Source of the DNA: Eubacteriales bacterium
GTDB taxonomy: Bacteria > Bacillota > Clostridia > Oscillospirales > CAG-272
Reading direction: 5' to 3'
DNA: 52,240 bases
Assembly (NCBI GenBank): GCA_045605175.1
Contig: JAZUPL010000059.1
Span: forward strand, 1 to 52,240
Of the stretch, positions 1 to 10,346 are shown one piece after another; position 1 is the first letter of the stretch; the number at the start of each line of letters is the position of its first letter. The notes beneath the pieces are model-generated. The model searched no databases. It had not been told where the DNA came from and was given only the letters and a program-made list of their open reading frames with translations. Position numbers and translations under genes: made by a program.

Positions 1-50
1 CTAATGAGTACAAGTGAAAAGGGGCTGTTTCATTTAGGCATAACCGAATA

Positions 51-97
51 AAAACACCGAGGTGTTGTATTACGCAGCACCTCGGTTGTGTTTTTTA
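51..97. terminator. Bidirectional intrinsic terminator-like hairpin
   Basis: ACCGAGGTG(T)TG...CAGCACCTCGGT stem with an A-run before it and a T-run after it; lies downstream of the minus-strand MBOAT operon. Confidence 0.6.
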
Positions 98-160
98 CAA
101 TTTTGAAGATAATTAAGGTTGAAAACCACCGGTTTTCTTCATTTTATGGTGTTTTTATTC

Positions 161-257
161 TATCGCCGTTTCCTCGCTCGCCGTACTTTTGTACGGCTAT
201 CGCTCGTCAGCCGACGATTTCTGCTCTAAATCAAGCGAGCCCCAAAGGTGCTTTGCA
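161..257 (+). repeat. Structured palindromic repeat, copy 1 (REP/MITE-like or ncRNA)
   Basis: GCCGTAC-TTTT-GTACGGC hairpin; aligns by eye with the reverse complement of 52141-52237 (shared TAAATC, CAAA and GCTTTGCA blocks). Confidence 0.5.
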
Positions 258-353
258 CTAAAAATTCAGATTTTTTGCCCCAAAAGTCCCAAAAAACCTT
301 GGTACATCTGAATTCTTAATGACTCAGCCTCTTATATTATAACCTATTATATT

Positions 354-2279
354 TTAGTTTGCATCGTAAACGAAAGATAAATCCCTCTCGCCCCAATAAT
401 AGTGGGCTTCAAAGCCTGATCCTTCGGGCACGTGTACCACGAAGTTTTGCGAAACGCCTGCAAAACTGTTCGGAGGGGCTATAACGTCGCCATTTTCAAC
501 ATAGAGCCACAGATGTGTCAAAGTTCCCGCACCCACAAACGCATTATTTTCAAAATACTTAATATTCGTTTCACGAGGCACTATAAGAGTGGTAGCAGTC
601 ATTCCGTTAAAGGCATTGGCACAAATACCAACAACTTTTACACCATCTGCACCTAGGGGGATAGTAAGCGTGTCCTGCGATCTGCCAAGTTCGGTTAGTC
701 CTGTTATCACGTAAGCGCCTGCGTAATACCCTTCGCTTAGTTCAGAATAGGTGAAGTAGTCGGCATTAGGGTCTGTTGTGGGGTAAGTTTTGTCAAAAAT
801 AGTCACGTTTTCGCTCTCACCGAGGGTAGCATCAAAACGCAGCGCTATACTCGATTTATTCCACACGGGGTGGGTCGAATACTCACTTTCGGGGGGAACG
901 TGCACTAATATATCCTTTGCCGCGCCAAAATCACTGGGTGGAGTTACGGCATCAGGATCGTCGGTTTCTATCCAAAGGTCAGAAACCTTCTCCGCCCCCG
1001 AAAATACTCCGTCCTCAAAAACAAGTTTTGTCACAGCACGTGGGATATATAGGTTACGAACTTCAGAGCCGTAAAAAGCCTCGCTCTTAACGAGGGCAAC
1101 ACGTCGTGCGTTTACGGCTACTGGGATAGTAAGGTTTGCCTTTCCCTCGGCATCTGGAGAAAGGGCGACAATAGCATAATATCCTTTAAGTTCTCCCTCG
1201 GTAATAAGGTCAAAAACAAAGTCCTTGCTATTGATATCTTCGGCAGGATAATGATTTGCAGAACCGGGCAAAACAGGCTCGCAGGGTTCTGTATCTTCAA
1301 CCTCTATTGACATTCCTTCAGCGGCTATAATATCCTTCGCAAGACGAATGGTACGAACGGTGGCACCGTCATTGTTTAAGTGGAAGTTGGTGTCATAGAA
1401 ATAACCCGCCTCCATTATATAGTCATCGATAGAACTAATAAACTCGCAGTCGATATTCTCCTCTAAATAAGCAAGAAAGTCATCGCGCACCGACAGGTCA
1501 TTTTGTTTTATCGCGAGTTCATTAACCGGGCAGTAGGAGAAGTACACCCTCGCCCCCCGTCCCCGACAGGTTCGAATATATCCGTTTAAGTATTCTATAA
1601 AAGCATCTAACCCCTCGGAAAAATTATCGCAAGATAGGTCGATTATAGTGTTGGGATCGAAGTACCTTGGCATGATATTCTTAACACGGTCCTCGCTATA
1701 ATAGTCGCCATATTTATTTATATACTTGGATAGGTATATCTCTTGAGGGGTGTTGCTTCCCTTTACCTCGCCCGTGTATCTTTGCCACTTTTCGCCAAAG
1801 AATTTCCACATAGCGCCAAGCATATTAAACCAGTTGTTTATATCCACGTCGAAGAACATTGAGAAGTCGTCGTCAAGCGCCTTCAAGGTTGTATCCGAAT
1901 TGAAATAAAGCGACATCGTTTGGGGATCAAGTTCGGGTGCTAATACTACTATGTCACCCTCATCTATGGCAGAGTCGGACAGATCCAGCATAAGTTTTGT
2001 TCCAAGGGCGGCGTAAAGCCCAAAATTGACAACGGGCATACCCGTGTATTCGGAAAGCCGCTCCGAGTCGAGTCCAAAGGCAACCGATGAACCACCGACT
2101 ACCACAATTTTCTCACCCTCTATCGAGTGAAGATAATCGTATTTTTCATTTAATGCTCCAACAAAACTTTCGCTAAACTGCGGAGGTAAAAGCACCGCAA
2201 CACTAACGACACTGACAAAGGGAAGTAATATCGCAAGCAAAGCGGCAATTATGCATATCACAAGTTTTGTTTTCTTCAC
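354..2279 (-). CDS. Membrane-anchored SGNH/DltD-like domain protein with C-terminal BspA-type LRR modules
   Basis: N-terminal hydrophobic helix; IVVVGGSSVAFG, VNFG and FYDTNFH motifs; two LTIP...AF...L.IP...F..GVF/NAF modules; directly downstream of the MBOAT gene. Confidence 0.65.
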   Translation of the reverse strand: MKKTKLVICIIAALLAILLPFVSVVSVAVLLPPQFSESFVGALNEKYDYLHSIEGEKIVVVGGSSVAFGLDSERLSEYTGMPVVNFGLYAALGTKLMLDLSDSAIDEGDIVVLAPELDPQTMSLYFNSDTTLKALDDDFSMFFDVDINNWFNMLGAMWKFFGEKWQRYTGEVKGSNTPQEIYLSKYINKYGDYYSEDRVKNIMPRYFDPNTIIDLSCDNFSEGLDAFIEYLNGYIRTCRGRGARVYFSYCPVNELAIKQNDLSVRDDFLAYLEENIDCEFISSIDDYIMEAGYFYDTNFHLNNDGATVRTIRLAKDIIAAEGMSIEVEDTEPCEPVLPGSANHYPAEDINSKDFVFDLITEGELKGYYAIVALSPDAEGKANLTIPVAVNARRVALVKSEAFYGSEVRNLYIPRAVTKLVFEDGVFSGAEKVSDLWIETDDPDAVTPPSDFGAAKDILVHVPPESEYSTHPVWNKSSIALRFDATLGESENVTIFDKTYPTTDPNADYFTYSELSEGYYAGAYVITGLTELGRSQDTLTIPLGADGVKVVGICANAFNGMTATTLIVPRETNIKYFENNAFVGAGTLTHLWLYVENGDVIAPPNSFAGVSQNFVVHVPEGSGFEAHYYWGERDLSFVYDAN

Positions 2280-2294
2280 TTTTCTCCCCCCTTT

Positions 2295-3749
2295 TTAGAA
2301 CTGGAAGTAGATGAAGGAACTCTCCATATTCTTCGAAAGAAGGAGCGTCCAACAGAGCAGTACTATCCATACGTAATAAACGAACGAGCCACGTCTTACA
2401 AGCAGAGCCGAGCCGTCCTGTAAATCATCGTGGGTGAGCACTTTGTCAATAATAATCAGGGTGGCTATCGAGAAAATGCACATTAAAATCGCTATGGGTG
2501 TCAAGCCCATAATCTTGAATGTTTCGCCCACATTAGCCCAACCTGTAAACAACCTGCCCACAAGAACAAAGGCGTCCTCGGGTGTGTTAGCACGGAAGAA
2601 TAACCAAGCGAAGCAGACAAGAATAAAGGTCAATACACGGCGTATCCAGATAACCAAGGGGTGTTTTGGGTCAGAGCCGGCTCGCATCACAAGTTGGTTA
2701 CGAGGCTTTATTGTCAGGTTGCCAACTATTTGATAAATTCCGTGCAGTGCTCCCCAAATTACATATGTCCAATTTGCACCGTGCCATAGACCTGAAACAA
2801 CAAACACCACAAACAGGTTAAATAGGTGTCGAGCCTTTGAGCAACGGTTGCCCCCTAACGGTATATAAAGATAATCCTTGAACCAAGTGGAAAGAGAAAT
2901 GTGCCACCTGCTCCAAAACTCTTTTATCGAAGCGGAGGTATAGGGGTGGTCAAAGTTTTTCATAAGTTTAATGCCCATTATTCGTGCGCAGCCTGTGGCT
3001 ATGTCGGTGTAACCAGAGAAATCACAGTAGATTTGCACCGCAAAAAGAACCGTGGCAATAATAACGCCAAGTCCGTTTGCCTTTTCCACGTTGTTGTATA
3101 TCGAGTTGACATACACCGATATAAGGTCAGCGACGCATATCTTCTTGAAGAAACCGACAAGCATATGCTTTGCCCCCTTGACCGCGTCCTCCTTATTAAA
3201 CCTTTTGAAAGATTTAATTTGGGGGAGAAGATTATCAGGGCGCTCGATAGGCCCTGCTACAAGTTGGGGGAAGAATGAAACAAAGGTGGCATAATAGAAG
3301 AAATTCTTCTCGGTTTCAATATCACCTCTATAAACGTCTATTACATAACTTAAAGTCTGGAATGTGTAGAATGAAATGCCAACGGGAAGTATAAGATTTA
3401 ATACCACGGGGGGCACTTGCCCACCAAAGAGATTTATTATACTTACCAGCGAGCCTGCAAGGAAGTTAAAATATTTATAGAAGAACAGTATTCCAAGACA
3501 CACCACAAGTGTCAGGGCAAGCCAGATTTTACGAACCGTTTTATTCTCTGTTCGAGCAATGAAATTTGACGCAAGCCAAGAGATAAATGTTGTCAGAATT
3601 ATCAAAAACAACAGGTCTGCCTGATAAAAGGCGTAGAAATAATAACTCGCTAACAAAAGAAGAGGCATTTTTGCCTTTTTTGGCAGAAGAAAATATAGTA
3701 GCGCAACTACGGGATAGAAAATCAAAAATTCCCAGGAATTAAAGGTCAT
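2295..3749 (-). CDS. MBOAT family O-acyltransferase (AlgI/PatA/DltB-like)
   Basis: LPVGISFYTFQ, FFPQLVAGPIER, DFSGYTDIA, EFWSRWHISLSTWFKDYLYIPLGG, SGLWHGA and C-terminal FIYFQF. Confidence 0.95.
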   Translation of the reverse strand: MTFNSWEFLIFYPVVALLYFLLPKKAKMPLLLLASYYFYAFYQADLLFLIILTTFISWLASNFIARTENKTVRKIWLALTLVVCLGILFFYKYFNFLAGSLVSIINLFGGQVPPVVLNLILPVGISFYTFQTLSYVIDVYRGDIETEKNFFYYATFVSFFPQLVAGPIERPDNLLPQIKSFKRFNKEDAVKGAKHMLVGFFKKICVADLISVYVNSIYNNVEKANGLGVIIATVLFAVQIYCDFSGYTDIATGCARIMGIKLMKNFDHPYTSASIKEFWSRWHISLSTWFKDYLYIPLGGNRCSKARHLFNLFVVFVVSGLWHGANWTYVIWGALHGIYQIVGNLTIKPRNQLVMRAGSDPKHPLVIWIRRVLTFILVCFAWLFFRANTPEDAFVLVGRLFTGWANVGETFKIMGLTPIAILMCIFSIATLIIIDKVLTHDDLQDGSALLVRRGSFVYYVWIVLLCWTLLLSKNMESSFIYFQF

Positions 3750-4153
3750 CTTGTCACCTCCCGGTTATCCTCTTGTTGCGAAAAGACAGACTCGCCCTCA
3801 CAAGAATTATTGGTAACGGTGTCCGAGGTAGAATTCTCTTCTTCGCCCTCTGATGTGGTGGGCATTATAGCATTTTCATTTTGCCTTTCTTCTCTCTTGT
3901 AGGCAAAAAACGACGATAAGGAATAGGCAAAAAGACTAATCATAAAAGCGAGAACAGGTATCTCGATATAGACCCCCACAAACATAAGAGAAAGGATAAA
4001 GGCTATATGTAGCGCTATACATATATAGTTTGCTATGGTAGAAAGTTTGTCCTTTAACCAAGGGATAAAAACATCAAGCCCCAAAATCAAAGCATATAAT
4101 GCAACCGCAATCACCAAAGCGATAATGTTGGTAGTTTGCGACGAGAAAATCAT
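3746..4153 (-). CDS. Small membrane protein (about 3 TM helices, acidic tail)
   Basis: Hydrophobic segments; ATGA overlap with the MBOAT start; GGAG SD upstream. Confidence 0.7.
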   Translation of the reverse strand: MIFSSQTTNIIALVIAVALYALILGLDVFIPWLKDKLSTIANYICIALHIAFILSLMFVGVYIEIPVLAFMISLFAYSLSSFFAYKREERQNENAIMPTTSEGEEENSTSDTVTNNSCEGESVFSQQEDNREVTR

Positions 4154-4207
4154 AGGCGCTCCTTTGTAAATTATTGTTTACAATCCATTTTTTAGTGCGA
4201 ATATGTG

Positions 4208-6538
4208 TCAGTTTTGAGGCTCCCAATCGGTGATAGGAATTCCGTCTGTATCCTCAAAGAGGCAACCTTCATAATCTGTGCCGACAGAAAGATAATGTTG
4301 CACTTCATCTATGCCAAGAGTGCTGCACAAGTCCACATACAACTGATATGTCCTGTACGCACGGCCGTAATCGTTGGGGTGAAATGCGCAATCGTAGAAA
4401 TATTTGTGTTCCCAAATATAGTCGCTCGCATTTCCTATATTGCCGTCGAAGAGGAAGTTATCCTCTATCATCTTCTCATAAGCCGAGATCCATTGGGTGC
4501 TTTCCGCACCCTCGACAAGCGCCGATGCATCGGTTGGGCAGAAGGAGAAGTACACCTTAGCACCACTACTCTTTGCACGAGTTATTGCGTGGTTGACGAG
4601 GTTCTTGAAATAGAGATCCGTTATCGTCGCCCAGGTGATATTACTCTGGTCGGTGTAGTCCTTGTTATTCTCCTGCGCGGTACTGTCATTCCACCACCCC
4701 TCGTCCTTGGACTTCATTCTTTCGTTTAAGGTGATGTAATATGTGTCGATATAAGTGTGTCCGTTAAAACCGATGTACCCTGCTCTATCCCTGTGCTGAT
4801 ATTCACCATACTTGTTTATGTTTTCGGTTTTTTCGCATACCGCCTCATAACTGCCCGCTTTGGTATAACTTCCACTATAACGATAGTTCTTGTTAAAATC
4901 GGTAAATGCACCAAAAATATTAGTATAGTTTGAGAAGTCAACATAGCGATAGATGTTGACCATACTCTCAAGATCCCTGAGCGTCTTCCAATAAAGTTCG
5001 CCCTCTCCCATCATATAGGTGCTATTCTCGGGGGCGTAGAGTATAGTGTCATCTGCGTTGGCGAGCACCGACATAGCCTCAAGATAAAGAGTGCCGTGAG
5101 TTGTTCTCGTCGTACCAAAGTTGATAACACGGTATTTATCAACAAGCAAATCCTCAAGATATTCGGTGGCAAGTCCTTGATAAGCAGAAGACCCCGCAAT
5201 AACTATAATCCTCGGTTTGTCTGTGGGGGCAAGAATCCTTGACAGTTTTACCGAAAGTGCTCCTGTATCCGCATTCATAAATCGGGGTGCGAGTGTTGCG
5301 TTTACATACAAATTCTTAAAAGAGGTGTAAGATGCTTTGTCCAAAGCCTCATTGTTTATCTCATAGAGTCCGTCGGGGTAATATATAGTTTCAAGTTTTG
5401 TGCAACCGATAAAAGCACCGTCCTCAACCTTAAGCATTCTGCGTCCCATAACGAGTGTTTCCATTTTCTTGTCGGTAAAAGCACCCGTGCCAATGGCAGT
5501 AACCGTCCTGCCATCGATAGTTTCGGGGATAACCACCTTGCTGTCATCACCATTATACTTGGTTATTTTAATACCGCTCGCTACCCAATGTGGCGCAACG
5601 CTCATAGAACAAGGCATCGGATAATAAAAAACTTCGTATTCAAATTCGGAGTCAGGAGTCGCCTCACTCCAAATACAGTAATAGGTGGGGTGATCGTTAC
5701 CGTCAATGAGGGGCGCTTTTGAGCCGAGAGAGTAGGAAGTGCCCGTGCCATCAGGTTTAGTATTAAACTCGGTGAGAATATAACCGTCGCGATAGAAAGA
5801 GCCGTCATCATAAAAGAGAGAACCACATTCAAAGAAGGATAGATACTGTCCACCGTAAACTATCTCAACCCCGTCATCGACCATAGATACGGTATAGTGC
5901 CTGTTTCCTCCGAGATTTACACTTCCCATCATAGCAGAGCCACCATTGAGATCATAATAGAGTCTGTCTGCATCAATATAGTTGGAATAAATCGTTACAA
6001 CGCCGTTATTTGCATATTTAGAGTCAAGGGTAAAATCAAAATCACGTTCTGTCGAAACAATTTCACCACCCGAAAAAAGCGATGCACCAACCGTCCAACC
6101 CTTGAAAATTCTGCCCATATTATTGGCAGAAAGGGTTATGAGGGTACCTTCGTCAATATTTGACGAGGGTACTATCGAGGAGGAGTCCGATGCATATCCT
6201 TTTCTAAAAATAAAACCGAGTTTTTCTTTCTTTACAATAAATTTTTCAGTAGTAAGATTTACGCTTAAAGATTTGCTGACATTTGCAATTTTTAACACTC
6301 CGTTAGCCTCATCGTACTCTCCATGGGAGAGCAAATCAAGAGAGTAGCCGTCAAGAATGGTAACGTTAAACGTAACAGTTTCACCAGCAGTAACAGTAAC
6401 CGACCGAGGACCGTCAATTATAGCCCCCTCGTCAACATTAAGTTCTACGGTAAATTCACTTTTTCCGCAGCCAACCGAAATAATCAAAAGGATAAAAAGC
6501 AAAGAAAGCGCGAAAGCAGTCTTTAACCAACCTCTCAT
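4208..6538 (-). CDS. Lipoprotein with BspA-type LRR and C-terminal SGNH/DltD-like domain
   Basis: Lipobox-like ISVGC; ITKYNGDDSKVVIPETIDGRTVTAIGTGAF LRR_5 cap; IIVIAGSSAYQG, INFG and FYDCAFH motifs; ATG at 6538 follows GGAGG. Confidence 0.7.
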   Translation of the reverse strand: MRGWLKTAFALSLLFILLIISVGCGKSEFTVELNVDEGAIIDGPRSVTVTAGETVTFNVTILDGYSLDLLSHGEYDEANGVLKIANVSKSLSVNLTTEKFIVKKEKLGFIFRKGYASDSSSIVPSSNIDEGTLITLSANNMGRIFKGWTVGASLFSGGEIVSTERDFDFTLDSKYANNGVVTIYSNYIDADRLYYDLNGGSAMMGSVNLGGNRHYTVSMVDDGVEIVYGGQYLSFFECGSLFYDDGSFYRDGYILTEFNTKPDGTGTSYSLGSKAPLIDGNDHPTYYCIWSEATPDSEFEYEVFYYPMPCSMSVAPHWVASGIKITKYNGDDSKVVIPETIDGRTVTAIGTGAFTDKKMETLVMGRRMLKVEDGAFIGCTKLETIYYPDGLYEINNEALDKASYTSFKNLYVNATLAPRFMNADTGALSVKLSRILAPTDKPRIIVIAGSSAYQGLATEYLEDLLVDKYRVINFGTTRTTHGTLYLEAMSVLANADDTILYAPENSTYMMGEGELYWKTLRDLESMVNIYRYVDFSNYTNIFGAFTDFNKNYRYSGSYTKAGSYEAVCEKTENINKYGEYQHRDRAGYIGFNGHTYIDTYYITLNERMKSKDEGWWNDSTAQENNKDYTDQSNITWATITDLYFKNLVNHAITRAKSSGAKVYFSFCPTDASALVEGAESTQWISAYEKMIEDNFLFDGNIGNASDYIWEHKYFYDCAFHPNDYGRAYRTYQLYVDLCSTLGIDEVQHYLSVGTDYEGCLFEDTDGIPITDWEPQN

Positions 6539-6765
6539 AATACCCTCCAAAATATTTTATCAAATAAATTATATATTATATATAAATAAAAGTAAAGGCG
6601 AAAATTGTGTCGGAGCATTTTTTTGTAGAGATTAACAAAAGCATCTTTTTGTTTTTGTAGATTTTGACAGTGTAAAAATGCCTAAAACCAAACCGATTCA
6701 CTCTTGTTATTAGTAAAGTCAACACTTATATAAGATTTTTGAGCAGTATTATTTTATTAGAAAAG

Positions 6766-6793
6766 AAAAACCGACCGCAACGCGCGGTCGGTT
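6766..6793 (-). terminator. Intrinsic terminator of the pcrA-HAD operon
   Basis: AACCGACCGC/GCGGTCGGTT stem with a T-run on the minus strand. Confidence 0.75.
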
Positions 6794-6865
6794 GTAAGCA
6801 ATTATTTACATTACATAACTTCATCTTTAATAAAACTTAACACGGGTATGCACTTGCCTATTATT

Positions 6866-7519
6866 TTAGTCCTTGCAAACCAGGGGGAAAAGTTCTTCCG
6901 GAGCATCAATTATAACATCCGCCTCCAATAGGTCCTCCCTATCCCTAAATCCCCAAGACACACCAACTGTAAGTGATGCGAGGAGGGCTTTACCCGTACA
7001 TACATCGACAGATGTGTCGCCTATAAAGGCGCACTCCCCTCGCTCTATGCCAAGCAAAGACAGAATATTTAACGCTGATGTGGGATCGGGCTTTAAGGGT
7101 ACGCCGTCCTCTGCCCCTTTTACCAAATCCACCATATCACCAAATATATTTCTGACAATAGGCTCGGTTGCAGAGTGCGGTTTGTTTGATAGGACTGCAA
7201 CCTTTATGCCCACCTCTCTTAAGGCAGATAGCGTTTCGACAATGCCCCCGTAAGGCTTGGTAAGATATAGCGGCTCACGGTTATATAACCTGTTATATAG
7301 AATATATACCTTTTCTATTCTATCTTCATTATATTCGCCCACCGAATGCATAGTACGTTCTATAAGCAGCCTTGCTCCGTTGCCGACAAATTTGCGACAC
7401 GCCTCACGGGATATTTCGGGATAGCCATATTCATTCATAGCCTTAACTAAATAATAATGAATAGTATCAAGCGTATTCAGGAGAGTTCCGTCCAGGTCAA
7501 ATATACAACATTTAATCAT
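6866..7519 (-). CDS. HAD-family hydrolase (phosphoglycolate phosphatase-like)
   Basis: FDLDGTL, SNK, KPDP and IGD motifs. Confidence 0.9.
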   Translation of the reverse strand: MIKCCIFDLDGTLLNTLDTIHYYLVKAMNEYGYPEISREACRKFVGNGARLLIERTMHSVGEYNEDRIEKVYILYNRLYNREPLYLTKPYGGIVETLSALREVGIKVAVLSNKPHSATEPIVRNIFGDMVDLVKGAEDGVPLKPDPTSALNILSLLGIERGECAFIGDTSVDVCTGKALLASLTVGVSWGFRDREDLLEADVIIDAPEELFPLVCKD

Positions 7520-7527
7520 TGGTTCTT

Positions 7528-10014
7528 CTACAATTTCTGTAACTTGGCATAAGTCGCCATCAACTTCTTAACTACTCCTGAATCAAAGGCAACCTCGTAC
7601 AAAATGTCGCCTCCCATATCCCTTGCACTGACTATTGTACCATCGCCAAACATACTGTGATTAACGCGAGAGCCAGGCTCAATGCGTTTTACGCCAAAAC
7701 TACCGGATTTGCCTCGGTTGTTCGTGCCTCTTGCAGATATGGAGGACGGACGTGACATCTCTCCGCCGCCTGTGTAGTAGGTATCCGAACGCTGTGGCGC
7801 TCTTGGTTGCCAACTGCTCTGGCGAGGTGGCTCTACTCTCGGCTTATCAATTGTGAAGAGTTTTTTAGGTGCTTCCATTCTAATAAAGCAAGAGAGCATC
7901 CCCTGTCTTGTCTTTCCGTAAAGAAGTCTATTTTTCGCATAAGAGATAAAGAGTTTTTCTTTTGCACGGGTTATTGCAACGTAACAAAGCCTACGCTCCT
8001 CGCTCATCTCTGTTGGCTCGGATATATTCTGCTCGCTTGGGAATACGCCGTCCTCCATTCCCGAGAGGAATACCACGGGGAACTCAAGCCCCTTTGCCGC
8101 GTGTACGGTCATAAGAACTACGGCGTCACTGTTTTCATCATACTTATCAACGTCGGTAATCAGGTAAACCTCCTCAAGAAATTCCTCAAGGATAGGCATT
8201 CTTTCCTCCGCCTCGGCTCGCTTTTCGTACTCTATCGCTGCAGAGATAAACTCCTCGACGTGTTCTATCTTGCCCTCACCCTCAAAGCCCTCGGCTTTAA
8301 GCATATTCAAATATCCGCTCTCTTCAAACAGACGCCGAATCATATCGGAGGGGCGATCTGCCTCGTGCTTGATTCTCTCTATCATTTCGACAAAGGAAAC
8401 AAGAGTCGTGGCATACCTTGAGAGTGCTAAATAAGCAGTTGCTCTGCCCATAACCTCATAGACCGTGGTTTCTTCACGCTCGGCAATTTGTTCAAGGGCC
8501 TCGATGGCAGCCTTTCCAATCTTGCGCTTAGGCTCGTTTATTACCCTCTTTAGCCTGAGTGTATCCTGTTTGTTTGATAAAAGCGAGAGGTATGCGACCA
8601 TATCCTTGACCTCTTTACGCTCGTAGAAACCAAGATCGCCAATAATTCGATAAGGAATTCCCGATTTAGCAAAGACGGTCTGCATAGCGCGTCCCAAGGC
8701 ATTTATACGGTAGAGGACGGCAAAATCAGAATACTTACGCCCCTCGGTCTTATGCGCTCGAATTATCTGCTCAACTATATATCTACCCTCGTCGTTTTGG
8801 TCGGCAGCCTCTTTTATGGTGATAAGTTCGCCCTCGCCCTTGTCGCACCAGAGCGCTTTCGGGTGTCTATCCTCATTTTTAGAAATTATAGCATTGGCAC
8901 AATCGAGAATGTTGCTTGTAGAACGGTAGTTTTGCTCAAGTCTTACCACCGTTGCCTCGGAGTAGGTTTTGTCAAAATTGAGTATATTTTCCACCGTAGC
9001 ACCGCGGAAACGGTAAATAGACTGGTCATCGTCACCAACTACCATTATATTTCTGCGCCCCTCGGCTATGAGGAAGGTCAGGACAAACTGTGCAAAGTTG
9101 GTGTCCTGGTACTCGTCAACAAGAACATAGCGGAACTTGTTCTGATAGTAACTTAGCACCTGTGGATGATCATACAGAAGTTTCACCGTCAGCATAATTA
9201 TATCGTCAAAATCCAGAGCATTCTGCGACTTCATTCTATTTTGATACAGTTCGTAAATTCTGTTGTAATCGCGCAACTTGGGGTTTCTATCGTAGGCAAA
9301 CACGGGGGAACTGAAGCCATAGCGTGTGCAAAGCGAGTCAACCATCCCATACCCGTCGGGGGTTATAAGCGAATCCTTAAGGTGGCTTATATATTCGCAA
9401 ACCCCTTTTGCCTTCAAATCTTTATCGGATATCCCGAGTTCGCTCATACACTCCAAAACCATACGTTTTTTGTCATCGGTGTCATAAATCGAAAACTCGG
9501 AATTATAGCCAAGCAAATCTGCGTGCTTGCGTAAAATACGCATACAGATAGAATGGAACGTACCTGCCCACACTCCACCCGAAACATCCTTGTCCTCAAA
9601 AGAGCGTTCGAGTCTATCCCGGATTTCTCTTGCCGCCTTGTTAGTGAATGTTATAGCGAGAACTCGCCAAGGCTCGCAAGGGTCGGATATAAATCGAGGA
9701 AGAATTTCCTCTATCTCCTTTGGGTCAAGTCCCAAAGCATTTTCCAATGCCGCAACGTCAGAAACAGAGGGCGACTCGGGACAACTATTATCAAAATATG
9801 CATTTCCATATTTAATTAAATAGGAAATTCTGTTAACTAAAACCGTGGTTTTCCCACTCCCTGCACCCGCAAGTACAAGCAAAGGCCCTTCTGCTGTAAA
9901 AACGGCTTTGCACTGCTCACTATTAAGAAAAGAACCGTAGTATTTGTCGAACAATGCACGCTTTGCCAAAATGTACCTTTGGGACAGTTGTTTATCGATA
10001 TTTTCGTTTGTCAT
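7528..10014 (-). CDS. pcrA: ATP-dependent DNA helicase PcrA/UvrD
   Basis: LAGAGSGKT, VDEYQDTN, VGDDDQSIY, LEQNYRST, HAAKGLEF and EERRLCYVAITRA; C-terminal Tudor-like RVNHSMFGDG. Confidence 0.95.
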   Translation of the reverse strand: MTNENIDKQLSQRYILAKRALFDKYYGSFLNSEQCKAVFTAEGPLLVLAGAGSGKTTVLVNRISYLIKYGNAYFDNSCPESPSVSDVAALENALGLDPKEIEEILPRFISDPCEPWRVLAITFTNKAAREIRDRLERSFEDKDVSGGVWAGTFHSICMRILRKHADLLGYNSEFSIYDTDDKKRMVLECMSELGISDKDLKAKGVCEYISHLKDSLITPDGYGMVDSLCTRYGFSSPVFAYDRNPKLRDYNRIYELYQNRMKSQNALDFDDIIMLTVKLLYDHPQVLSYYQNKFRYVLVDEYQDTNFAQFVLTFLIAEGRRNIMVVGDDDQSIYRFRGATVENILNFDKTYSEATVVRLEQNYRSTSNILDCANAIISKNEDRHPKALWCDKGEGELITIKEAADQNDEGRYIVEQIIRAHKTEGRKYSDFAVLYRINALGRAMQTVFAKSGIPYRIIGDLGFYERKEVKDMVAYLSLLSNKQDTLRLKRVINEPKRKIGKAAIEALEQIAEREETTVYEVMGRATAYLALSRYATTLVSFVEMIERIKHEADRPSDMIRRLFEESGYLNMLKAEGFEGEGKIEHVEEFISAAIEYEKRAEAEERMPILEEFLEEVYLITDVDKYDENSDAVVLMTVHAAKGLEFPVVFLSGMEDGVFPSEQNISEPTEMSEERRLCYVAITRAKEKLFISYAKNRLLYGKTRQGMLSCFIRMEAPKKLFTIDKPRVEPPRQSSWQPRAPQRSDTYYTGGGEMSRPSSISARGTNNRGKSGSFGVKRIEPGSRVNHSMFGDGTIVSARDMGGDILYEVAFDSGVVKKLMATYAKLQKL

Positions 10015-10215
10015 TATTATCTCACCTTTAGTGTTGTGTCACACTTTTTGATTGTTGAGTCAGTTTAATAAATTGTATTCGTAATAGTTACTATCAAATT
10101 ATTCGCAATATAGTTTTGCAGGCAGTTTTTATCCTTCAAAAAACCGTTTAACAAGCGTAGTAATAAGTTCAAAAAACCCGAAAATTGCTCTTTTATAGTA
10201 GCAAAGATAAAAAAG

Positions 10216-10346
10216 TTATCAACAAATTCTTTGTCGATAATGTTTATAACTTTTTGTCGAAAAAAGGTTGATTTGCTTGAATTTCCCTCTTTGCTCTTCG
10301 GAATTGCTCTGGTTATCAACAAATTGATTGTTGAAAATGTTGAAAA
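10216..10346. promoter_or_regulatory. Cluster of DnaA-box-like 9-mers
   Basis: TTATCAACA at 10216 and 10313; TGTCGATAA 10232; TGTTTATAA 10241; TGTCGAAAA 10255; TGTTGAAAA 10329 and 10338; each is one mismatch from TTWTNCACA or its complement; AT-rich intergenic region. Confidence 0.55.

Noticed and set aside
10065-10322. 85-aa minus-strand ORF upstream of pcrA
   Set aside because: TTG start without SD, AT-rich low-complexity translation, and overlaps the DnaA-box-like array.
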